Part shown: positions 16,312-28,300 of the stretch, piece by piece | How positions within the stretch are numbered: the first letter of the stretch is position 1 | Layout: each line of letters opens with the position of its first letter | Assembly: GCA_964581065.1 (NCBI GenBank) | Contig: CAZOMZ010000001.1 | Span: 1-38,759 of the forward strand | DNA from: an uncultured Loktanella sp. | GTDB lineage: Bacteria; Pseudomonadota; Alphaproteobacteria; Rhodobacterales; Rhodobacteraceae | Direction of reading: 5' to 3' | DNA: 38,759 nucleotides | Position numbers and translations under genes: made by a program | Notes under the pieces: generated by a model | Told to the model about the DNA's origin: nothing | What the model saw: the letters and a program-made list of their open reading frames with translations, nothing else | Databases searched by the model: none

Positions 16312-19300
16312 TTACTGGTTTTCATCCCGCGTTGAACGGAATGGCATCGCGACAGCCGCAACCCCGTTCGAGGCAACTGTTGCTTCTAGCAACCAATCAT
16401 CCTCGATTTCATCTGCCTCTTCAACCGGATCGGTGACACGATCGCTTTGGCCGTTGGGGTTGTCCTCGATGTCGTCAATGATCCAGACGCCACCGAATTC
16501 ATCGACATAGGCAAAAAGCTCGCCGTCGCTGTCGAAGAGTTGCAGCACAGTCTTGGCCGTTCCGGTATCTTGCGGTGTTGGCGCATTGACCTGCGAGAAC
16601 TCACCCGTGTCATCGTCGTAGACATAGGTCAGTGCCGGACCGTTCAGTGTCATACCATTGATTTCGGCAAAGCCGTTCTGGCCGACCGTAATCCCGACCG
16701 TGTCGGTCGGGAAGCTGCTGATGATGTCCTTGGTCGGACGGTCAGCACCGGTATCGGCGGTGATGGGCACGTTGATCGTTGTCTCGTCACCTGCATAGAG
16801 ACCTGTCACACCAGCAAGCGTCGGCACATAGCCGTAGTCATCAAGCGGGCTGTTTGCCAGACGGTCCCCGACAGGGATCGGATCAGGCGACAGGATCACG
16901 CCGTCATCGACCGTGCCGCGTCCGCTCAGGATGCCAGGTCCGGCCTGCTTGCGGAACTCGTCAAGGTTGACCGGGTTGTTGATGTCATTGTTGACAAGAC
17001 CCAGCTCACCATAGGGTTCACCAGCGACCGACACCGGAATGCCGTTCAGGACAAGCACCGGATCCACATCCGCGGCCCGTGTGCGGTCGACACCATCGGC
17101 TGCAGCAACCCGCAGGATGAAAGTCTCGAGCGTCAGAGCGTAGGTATCGATAACGGTTGGCGCACCCGCGTTACGGTAAGGCACGAAGTACTCGTTGAAG
17201 TCACCGTTCCAGTCGACCAGGCGGTCGCCCGAGGTGTTGGCGATCATGAAGTCACGGCCAGCGCCACCAAAGATGAAGTCTTCATAGCTGATGTCTTCAT
17301 CCGGCACGTTGTTCAGACCAGCGATCAGTGACTCGTCCACATCCAGCGTGGCAGGGTCATCAATGCCAACCGATGTCAGGTCGTCATCGCCGTTGATCAG
17401 GTCGTTACCGTAACCACCGTAGATCGAGTCGCGGCCTGTACCACCAAACAGGATGTCGTTGCCGATCGAACCGAAGATCCGGTCATCACCATCCGACACA
17501 TATCCGTTCTCGGAGCGCGCATCCAACTGACCCTCGGTATGGTCGAAGTTGAGGAAGAACGGATTGTTGCCCTCCTCGAATGTGACCTCGTTGGCCGCGT
17601 TGAAGGTGATCGCACCGCGCGGCAGGCTTTGATCCAGCAGCGGCAGGAAGACCAGATGCACAGCGGGCGATTCAACGCCGGCAAACTCTGTCTCGTTGAC
17701 CGCGGCAGTGGTGCCCGGGTTGAACGGGGTGTCAAAGCTGATGATATTGCCCAGATGGTCTTGCGGGTTTGCCTCAAGCGGCAGCGCTTCCGCACCCGAG
17801 ATCGCATCCGAACCGACGCCGCCATGCAGGAAGTCAGACCCCCAGCCGCCGAAGATGATGTCGGAGGCATCGGTCGCATTCCAGTACTGGTCGTTGGGAT
17901 TGTCCGGGTTGGTCGAGAACGGAGTCAGGTTCACCGACTTCACCAGCAAGCCGTCACGGTCGACGATCGTCCGCAATGCGTCTTGGTCGTCAGCAATGAG
18001 CAGGACATCCACCGCGTCAAGGGCATCGATACCGAAGAGGGACTCGCCGAATTCGGTCGAATTGCGGCTGGTCATGATCCGGCCATCGTCACCGATGACA
18101 CCATCGACACCCGTACCACCGGAGATCCAGTCGTTACCGGTACCGCCGATGATATCGTCGCTTTGCGCGTCGCCGAACAGTACGTCATCGCCCAACTGGC
18201 CGTAGATCGTGTCGTCGCCGCCTTCACCGTGGACTTCGTCGGCTGCGCCCTGATCGGTTGCCGCAGCAACCGGATCGATATCGACCCCGCCTTCGGTATA
18301 GTCGAGCAGATCGACACCGCGTGGGACAATCTTGACGTCCCCGTAGATGTCATAGGCGAACTGCAGATATGCACCCGAAGACACGCCGTTGATCCCCACC
18401 AAACGGTAGATGTTGGCGTTATCGCCGGCGATCACATCGTTGTCGCGACCGTAGGCTTCGGCACTGTCGTCGCCCAGCTCGTTCCGGCTGACATCGGTAC
18501 CTGCGCCGCCGAACAGCATATCCTTGCCGTCAAAGCGCATCTCGCGGGTTGTCAGACCGTAATGCTCGGAAGAACCACCGATGATGTCGTCACGGCCAAG
18601 GTTGCCGAAGACGGTATCGGCACCGCCGTTACCTTCAATGTAGTCGTCGCCGTCACGGCCGACGCCATTGTAGTCTTCCATCGAGGCATTGATGACCAAG
18701 AGGCCCTCAGCATCGCGATAGGCACCGACTGCAGCACCCTGGAAGGCATCCGCGATTCCATCCTGGTTAAAGTCGATCGTGCCATCACCCTGAATAACGT
18801 CGTCACCCAGTTGACCGAAGATCATGTCGTCTTCGGAACCACCGGCGATGTGGTCATCGCCATAGATGCTGGCCGATGCGCCGACCTCGTGGTCGAACAG
18901 CGTGATCGCACGTTGTGTTGTGCCATCGACGTTGATCTGCGCCTGATCAGTGACCAACAACTGGCCGTCGTTCACGTCACCCTGATCGGCATGGACGTTC
19001 GTGCCGTAGATCTGCGTACCCGACAGGACGCGCATCCGCGTGTCGATCAGGTTATGCGTCCGCAGGATCGCGCCGTTGTCGCCGAGGACTACATCGTCGC
19101 CCGCGCCACCGTCGAGGGCATCGCCCGCGTCGGCACCGCCTGCCACGTTGTGACCACCGATGATGTCATCATCGCCTGCGCCACCAAAGATCGTATCGGC
19201 ACCTTGCTGACCCATGATGAAGTCATCACCGGCACCGCCGAAGATCGTGTCGTCTCCACCGGCATCCGCACCGGTGATCCCGATCGAAGTCGCTGTGATC

Positions 19301-22300
19301 GCCTCATCGGTCAGGTTGTCCAGTGGCAATGTGCTCAGATCGATTGTGCCTGTGACCTCCAGATGGTCACCTGCAATCACGTCCTGTCCGCCCAGTGCAT
19401 AGATCAGATCACCGGCTGTGCCGCCGATAATCAGATCGTTGCCTGCGCCGGACTGGATGGTGTCGCTGCCGCCTTCAAGCAGATCAATCGAGCGGACCAG
19501 CGACGGGAAGTTCGTGCCGCTGACAGGGTTGTGGAACTGCATCTCGCCGTGATCACCGAGCAGGATGTTCGACTTGTCAAAGACCGCCGGACCATCGCCC
19601 GCGTTGGCTTTGATATCGTCGCCACCGGCACCGCCGAGGATGATATCCGCGCCCAGACCGGTGTTGATGATATCCGCGTCACCGATCGCAGCATCGATTG
19701 TTGCAAGCGACGCAAGGCTGATCGGCAGACCGTTGTCGGCCAGCGCCTCGTCCGACGTACCGATCAGGCGGCCATTGTCACCAAAGACGATGTTGTCGCC
19801 GTTGCCGCCGGTCAGCGTATCGCTGCCGAAGCCACCGATGACGATATCCGCGCCATTGCCCGACGTGATTGTATCTGCACCACCGATGCCGGTGTCTGTG
19901 CTTTCGATCCGCAAGGCAATCGGCTGTGGGGTCGTCTCGACCGGGCGGTCGAAGGTTGCACGACCGTGATCCCCGAAGAGGATATCCGCCGCATCAAGAC
20001 CGCCGCCGACTGTGGTGTTGATCTCGTCGTCGCCTGCGCCGCCCAGAATGATGGCTGCGCCGGTTCCGATATTGATCTCGTCCCTCGTACCGATGGTGGC
20101 TGCCATCGACTGCACCAGCGCGAGGCTGATCAGCGCCGAACCGACAGGTGCGTCGGCAAAGCCGGAGAGATAACCATTGTCACCGAAGATAATGTCGTTT
20201 CCGCCGGTACCGCTGATTGTGTCGCTGCCGTCGCCGCCAACAACGATGTCACCCGCGCTGCCGGTCGTGATCACGTCATCACCACCGAAAGAGGTGAACA
20301 GCGAACGCGCGGCCAGAACGACCGGCACGACATCACCGTCAACCGCGACACGGAAGGCGATCTGCGCGTGATCGCCAAAGATCACGTCAGGTCCCGTGCT
20401 GCCATTTACTGCAGCGATGGTATCTCCGCCAACACCACCGACGATGTAGTCGGTGTCGGTACCGGCTGTGATATCATCAGCGTCACCGAGCGATGCATCG
20501 GTGCTGACAATTGTTTTCAGCGTGAGCTCAAGATCACCCATGCCTGCACCCGAGCCATAGCCGGTGATCAGACCGTGGTCACCGATGATGACGTTTGTGC
20601 CGTCGCCAAGATTGATTGTGTCGACCCCGGCGCCGCCAAGCGCCACATCATTGCCGTCTTGGGCGTAGATCTCGTCACCGCTACCGATGCTTGGTGCGAG
20701 GGTCCGGATCAGATCAATCGAGCTGTTGTCGCGGTCGGACATTGTCCAATCAACCAGACCGTTGTCGCCGATCCCGATGTTATCGCCGCTGCCAAGGTTG
20801 ATGTAGTCTGCGCCAGCACCACCGATCACGATATCGCTGCCACCGTTGCCAAAGATGCGGTCCGCATCGCCGGCACCAAAATCGGTGCTTTCCACGCGGG
20901 CATAGTCGCCGGTCGAGGTGATCCGCAGCGTGCCGGGCACCTGCCAGACAAGACCGTGGTCGCCCAGAATGATATCGCGTCCGGCACCGCCGGTGATTTC
21001 ATCGCGCCCACCTGCACGGGTATCCGCGCTGAGATACTGCGGCATGTCGTTGACAAAGCTGACCTCGACGAGACCACGGGTCACCAGATCGATGCTGAAG
21101 CCGTTGTCGCCGTAGATGATGTCATCGCCACCCAATGCGTCGATGGTGTCATCTCCGCCACCGCCTGCGATGTGATCGCGCCCGCCGGAACCGGTGATGT
21201 TGTCGTTGCCGATACCGCCGTAGATCACGACACCCAGATCGTCGGCCCCAAGGCCCGCACCGGATGCGTCGATGGTATCGCCGTGATCCTCGGGTGCGCC
21301 AACCGCATTGAAGTTGAACGCGTTGCCGTTCGATGCGCCGCCTTCGTAGTTGTAGCGGCGGCCATCGGCATCCGTGTCACCGTAAAGTGCAAGGATGGTC
21401 CGTTCGCCGTTCTGACCGATGCTCAACTCATTGACAGTGATCGTATCAGCACCGCCGCCACCGTGGATCAGTGTGATCGGCAGGTTTACGACACCGTCAG
21501 CCGGGTTGTTGTAATCCGAGCTGATGTTGGTGCCGTCGATGGTGAATGTATCGTCTTCGCGGCCCAGCATCACTTCGATGATTTCAACCGTCGAGATCGA
21601 GATGCCCTTGTTGAACTCAAGATCAGGCAAGCCATCACCCTGCGGGATGGTCACGATACCGGTGCCCATACCCAGACCATCAATCTGCGTGCGGCCATCG
21701 GCGGTGTTATACATCCGGCCACTGTCAGCGATCTTCGAGTCATCGTTGAAGATGTTCACGCGGTCGTTCTGAACCAGTTCGTCGGTCGCAACCGTGACTT
21801 CGAACGGTCCGGGATCGCTTTCTGTGGCCAGCATGATAGCTGCCTGCAGTTCGCGGCCGGTTGTCGGACCACCGTCGATGATCAGCGGACCGCGGATCTC
21901 GCCCGTGCGATGTGCACCGTTATCGAAGGTTTTGGTGACGCGGTCGAGCGCGGTCGGCGTAAAGGCCTGATCGGCTTCGAGCGTGACAGTCACTTCTTCG
22001 AACCAGTTGGTTTCGTCGAAGGTGACCTGTGCCACGATGACCGAGATTGTCGCATTCACGTTCTCTTCGGCAACAACAGGCTGACCAGCCGAGAGCGTGA
22101 TGGTCGAACCATCCTCTGAAATCTCGCCAATCGCGTAAGGTGCGTTGTTGTTGGCCGTGCCGGTGATGTCCATCACGGTGCCCGAAATGAAGCCCTGATC
22201 GCGGAAGCTGAGGCCATCGGTACGGACGATTGTGTCCGGACCATCGGGGTTGCTGATGAAGGTCAGCGGGATAGCCACAGCGTTGATCAGAACAACCTCT

Positions 22301-25300
22301 TGCACGCGGTCGCCATCTGGCACCGCACGGGTCTGGCCGTCATCAATGATGTTGATGGTCACTGGCGCTGTCGGCGCGGCGGTCAGTCGGATCGTGTAGC
22401 TGTCAACTTCACCCGGTGCGTCGACGATCAGCGTGGTGCCGTCGGTTTCGCGGACCACCAGACCGGCACTGTCACCATCGGCAACAGTGACACGCAGTTC
22501 GGCCGCTTCGGCATCGGCATAGACTTCGCCTGTGCTGGATGTGACCGAGTGTGTCACAATCACGCGTTCTTCATTCTCGACAGTGCTGTCGGCTACCGCA
22601 ACGACGGTAACTGTGACCGGCTGGTTCCATGTGGTGCTGTCGAAGGTCAGCGAGGTAACCTGCGTGCCATCCACAAAGTAGAGCAGATCGGACGAGTTGC
22701 TGTCATCGCTGAGCGTGACGGTAACCGTTTCCAGTTCAGCAGGCTGACGGGTCAGAACGACGTCGTATGTATCGGTCATCGCCGTATCGACGGTGATCGT
22801 TGCCTCTTCAGGTGGGTTGACGCCCTCGACGTAGTCGGGGTTGTCATATGTGTAAGACCCACCCTCAAGCACGAAGGTATCCGCGCCGCTTTCCGTCAGC
22901 TTGACCGCTGGCAGATCGTTGTCGTCAACATTGACGATGAGGTTGGCCACTTTCGCACCGTCGATTGCGGTGTTGTTGCTGTCGACCGCATGGCTGACCA
23001 GCACGATGCGTGCGCCTTCCTGTGCGGCATCATCAATCGCACGCAGGTCCACGGTCTGGGCATCACCCCAGTTGGAGCTGTCAAACCGCAGGACGATACC
23101 GTCAGTGAATTCACCACTTCCGGTCCGCATTTCGATGGTCGATGCCTCGCGGCCTGTGACCATCGCGCCATCGACAACACCTGTCGGGCTGTAGACGTCG
23201 CTGGCAAAGGTCCGGTCAACGGTCAGAGTCCGCCCGTCTTCGGACACCGAGACGATCTCGTAGTGACCAGAATTGTCGCCAGCCCCCGTCAGGGTGATCC
23301 CCTGCCAGTCGCCGAAGCCGTCTGTGATCCACGAACCACCATCGCGGGTGATCGTGTTCCCAGTAAGGGTCAGCGTGGCGTTCTCGTCCATCGCCGGCAC
23401 ATCAAGACGGCGGTCCTGACGCGACGCGATCCCTGCGGAGATGGTCACAAAGACCACGGTATCCGGCGACGGGATTGTGTCGCTGGCCATTTCGACGGTG
23501 TAGCTGTCAACCAGACCGTTCTCGTCAACCAAGGTGCCTGCGCCAGTCGGCTTGATGACCACAGCGCCCTGTTCGGCATCCGCAACAGTCGGTGTCAGAC
23601 CACCCAGCAGGGTGGTGACATAATCGGTATCGTCAGAGTCCGCACGATGGGTCACACCTGCAGAACGGCCCTGCAGATCAGCCGCATAGACCTGATCATT
23701 CACGTCTCCACTGATGTTGAACGTGTCTGAGCCAAGACCGCCGATGATGTTCGTGACGGTTCCGCTTGCAGTGGACTGCACATAGAAGGTGTCGTCACCT
23801 TCGAGACCATCGACCTCGATCGCCTCTTCGGTGTTGCTGATCCGGATATTCAGACCGGCACCAAAGACACCATCTTCGGTGACAACGAAGACGTCGTCGC
23901 CCTCGGTACCAAGCACCGTGACCGTGTCGAAGCCTGCGCCGCCGTCGATATCGACAGGCGCGTTGATGTTGTACTGGATGCTGTCATCGCCGGCACCCGC
24001 CAGCAGTTTGACATTACCCTGTCCGGGATCGCCCAAGACTTCGGTATCCAGCAGGAAGGCGCGGACGATGAAGTTGTCGTTGCCATCCTCGCCCTCGAGG
24101 CGCAGCTCGCCACGGTTGGCGTAGACGGTGAACTGGTCGTTGCCTTCGCCGCCAACAGCGGTTGTCGCATAGCTGATACCGTTGGACAGGTATCCGCGCG
24201 TTGTGAGAAGCGTGGCAATACTATCGCCCTGGGCGATGCCGTTCGAGACCAGGCCATTGCCGTCGTCATACTGCCCGCCAAAGACCGGCTGCGACCCGAA
24301 GATCTGGCCGAACTGGAAGCGGTCGTCGCCAAGGCCACCGTCCATGGTCATGATCGTGGCGTTGTCGTCCGAGATGAAGACGTCGTTGCCAGCCAGACCG
24401 ATCAGGCTGAGGCGTCCGTTGAGACTGCGGTCATAGTCGATCCGTTCGACGGTCACCGGACGACCTGCTTCAAGACCGATGATCTGATCCTCTGTCCCGT
24501 GCAGCAGGGCCACAAAGTTGGCGCGGCTGAGGAAGACGTCATTCTCGGTGGTACCAAGCACTTCGAGTGTATCGACGCCATTGGCGGGCGAAGTCTCGGT
24601 CGCGCTGGCAATCTCGATCCGGTAATCCGCACCGGCGGTGATCGACCCCCACGTCTGGATCATCAGGTCGTCGGCATTGTCCCCGCCGTCGATGATCAGC
24701 TTGTCGCCATTCGCATGGGAGGCGAGACGCACAACCTCGATCCGGTCGGAACCGGTGTTCCCGAAGAGGGTCAGCTCGCCCGTGACGGCGCGGTTCTCGT
24801 AGATCTGGATAAAGTCGTCGCCTGCACCTGTATCGATCAGCATCACTGGGGCTTGCAGTTCGAGATCGGTCAGGTTGATCGTGTCGGACCCTTCACCCGT
24901 CTTGATGTCAATGCGCTGGCCGGCAGTGATGCTGCCGGTCACAGTGATGACGTCACGCTCGTCAACACCTTCGGGGTGAGCGACGAGACCTGCATCGGTG
25001 TCGATCATGACGTTTCTGCCTGCGGTGACACTACCGGCGATTGTTACATCGCCTCCATCGTCATCGTAGCGGGTCGGATCATTGGTGATGACCGGATCGC
25101 CAACAGCCGAGAGCGTCGCGACATCGGTGTAGACATTGACGTCATTGCTCGCGTTGATGAGCGCCGTATCTTCGATGACCACATGGTCGCCAGCCCAGAT
25201 ATTGACGTTACCCGCTGTTGCGGTGACCGAAACACCAGCGTGAACGGTCACGGTATCGTAGTTGTTGTTGTAGTCGTCGACGTTCTGCGGGAAGGCAGCC

Positions 25301-28300
25301 AATGCGGCAGCTTTGGCAGCATCGGCCGCTTCAATTTCCGCAGGCGTTGTGCGCGGACCGTAGTAGTCGTTCTCGACCTCAAGGACAGCCGCATCATAGG
25401 CCGCCTGATCAGCATAGACGCTCTCATTGGCAACGATATTGATGTTCCCGTTGGTCGAAACGATGTTCTCTTTCACATCGATCGGGCTGGTCGCCGTCAG
25501 GAAGAAGTCCGATGCCACGCTGAACGAGACTGCCGAATTGTCCTCGGTCTCTGCGCGGATGGCACCGTCGTTGAACAGGAAGGCCGAACCCGTCGTCGAG
25601 ATACCCTGCAACGAACCGATGTTGGTATAGATCCGCTTGTTGCGTTCACCGATATCCTTGTTTGCCGTCAGGAACGCGCGACCACCGGTAATGTTGGACG
25701 TGCCGACCGGTGCGCCGTTCAGGATGCGGCCTGCAATGGACGTGATGAAGGCCGTAAAGTCGGCGCCGGTTCCGATCTGGTAGATGATCAGATCATCGTC
25801 AGGGTCTGTTTCGCCATCCACTTCGATAATCCGGATATTGCCCAGCTGTGCCGAAGCATTCAGGACACCACCGTTCGTATCGATGCGCATGTTCTGGCTC
25901 AGCGCGCCGATCAGACCCGCACGGGCGATCAGCTCGATGTTGTAGCCTTCTACAGCCGAGTCGAAGATGTTGCTCGCATTGACGCCCGCATCGAACATGT
26001 TCGCTTCAGAGGTCAGGCGGACAAAGGTCCCCGCGCCACCGGTCGAGGTGACATCGTTGATGACCATGTCGCCGTCTTCAACGACATAGATGTTCGCCCC
26101 CGCGTTCAGGATCAGCTGGCCGTCGTCGCTGTCACGTGCCTCGACTTCGAGGTCGTTATCGCTCGCACCGATGCTGCCGGTCGCTGTCAGGATGATGTTA
26201 TCAGCTTCGATGTTGACAAGATTGTTGTTCAGGCCGTCCAGAATGCTACCGGCAAGGGCCTTCACATCGACGTCGCTGCTGGCCGAATAGATCGTCCCGA
26301 CAAGGAAATCGCCTGTGCGTTCGGCCAGAACGATTTCGCCCTGCGTCCGAGCCGTCAGGATGCTGCCGTCCGACAGTTCCATATAGATCCGGTTCTCGGA
26401 CACGGTATCGCCTGCCAAACGGCCGATCGACCCTTGGCCACCTTCCAGAATGACCGAGTCAGCCGTGATATTGGTCAGGCTTGCGTCGACATTGCTGATA
26501 ATGCCATTGCCCGACTTCAGGCGCAGTTGTCCTTCTTCATCGACGGAAGCAGCCTGGACGTTGATCACGCCCAGTTTGATCTGGTTTTCCGTGCCGACAA
26601 ATGTCTCGCCGACCGACTGGATGTTCAGGTTGGCGCTGGCTTCGATATCGAAGTCCTCGCGCAGCTGCACCTGAACCCCGCTCAGGACGACAAATTCGTC
26701 AAGAGTAATGGTCCGTCCCGTTTCGGCAGTCAGGCTGACAGGAACATCGAGATCATTGACCTTGTCGCGTTCAACCAGCGTGATGCTGTCAGCGGTGACC
26801 GCTGCGATCCGGTAAAGCGTTTCAGCGTCGTTGACGTTTGCCGTCGGACGCTGGTCCAGCGTTTCCTGCGGCGTATAGGCCCGTGTCGTCGACAGAAGGA
26901 TCAGGTCGCCGACCTCGAACCCTTGGATATCACTGCCGCCAAGCAGATTGGTGCCAAGGAAGTTGTATTCGCCGCCGGTGCGGCTGATCGTATTGCCGCT
27001 GATGTTGGCGATGACAGGGACAGAGGCACCTCTCGGATCGTTCACAATCGCCGAGACATTTACCGTCACCGGCACCCATTCGTTCTGAGTAACGTTCAGA
27101 ACCGATTTCGCGAAGGTTGTGCCAGACTGTTCGAAGAACATGGTCCGGCCATCCGCCGAGAAGCTTTCGATCACATAGTACTGTTCGTTCTCGGTGGCGT
27201 TGGCTGTGTTGCCCTGCACCTGAATGGTCTGACCGACACGGAACTGCGGCTGATCTGGCGCTTCGTCATCGATCCAGCTACCTGCGGTCCGCGTCATCGA
27301 GTTGTTCGTGATGCTGAACGTCACGCCCACAGTTTCGATTTCGGAGACGAGGAAGAAGATGTCGCTGCGTTCGGCTGCGGCGATGGTCAACTGTTCGTCG
27401 ATGCTCAGAGGCTGACCCTCACGCAGAAGGATCGTGACGTCGCCTTCGGTCCGGCCAACTTTGCCGCCGACAATCAGGTCGACGCGCGCACCTTCAAGGT
27501 TCGGATCTTCGATATTGATCGTGGTGTCGACCACAGGCTTGAGCAAGCCCGAGCCCAACGCGCTCAGCAGTTCGTCTTCGGTCCAGACCTTGATACGCCC
27601 GATCAGATCGTCCTTTTCCGCCTGTGTTGTCAGGTCGAGGTATCCGGTCGGGTCCGCATGGATCATCAGATCGAGCGCTTCGGCTTCGTTCTCGGCCGTT
27701 TCAGATCCGTAGCGGGCATCCTGCTCGAGGAATTGCGCAGTGCGTGTGGTCTTCAGCGTCGAAACCTGTGTGTAGGCCTCGTAGCCGACATCCGCCAGAG
27801 CATCCGCCTCTGCCTGCGTCAGAGCAGCGTTGGCCACCAGCATTTCTGCCGCGATGGCCGCTTTCAGCAAGGTCGCGTCAATTGGCAGCGCCTGCTCGGC
27901 AAGCGCTTTGGTCACAGCTTCTGATAGGATGCCGGCGTCCGTTTCGACCAGCGAGGAATCTGCCGCCATCAATTGTGTGATGATCGACGTTCTCAGCGCC
28001 TCTTCATCACCCAGCGAAATCAGCGCAGTGCCGGCACGCAGCGCGGCAAGTCCGGCTGCATCCTCGGCATAGAGGTTGCGCCAATCCCAATAGGTCCGGT
28101 AGTCGTCGACCCTTGCGGCGTTGAGACGTGTGATCGCTTCACGCGCCTTATCACCGGCAGGACCGGAGGCGATACCGTATCCGTCCTTGTTGTCGGCATC
28201 ACCCAAGAGCTGCATATCGGCCCAGACGCCATTCAGCAGCGCGTCACGTGACCGCGTATCGGCTTCCTGAATCTGGTTGCCATCCAGAAGGTCATTTTCG

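Noticed and set aside
17539-22119. 1526-aa + strand ORF
   Set aside because: It is the antisense shadow of the giant gene. Biased codon use (GAC/ATC/GGC/GTC) leaves the opposite frame stop-free, and the translation is V/D/R-rich with no recognisable motifs.
24499-27924. 1141-aa + strand ORF, plus other + strand ORFs within 6334-38652
   Set aside because: Same antisense artefact; they lie wholly opposite well-supported minus-strand genes.
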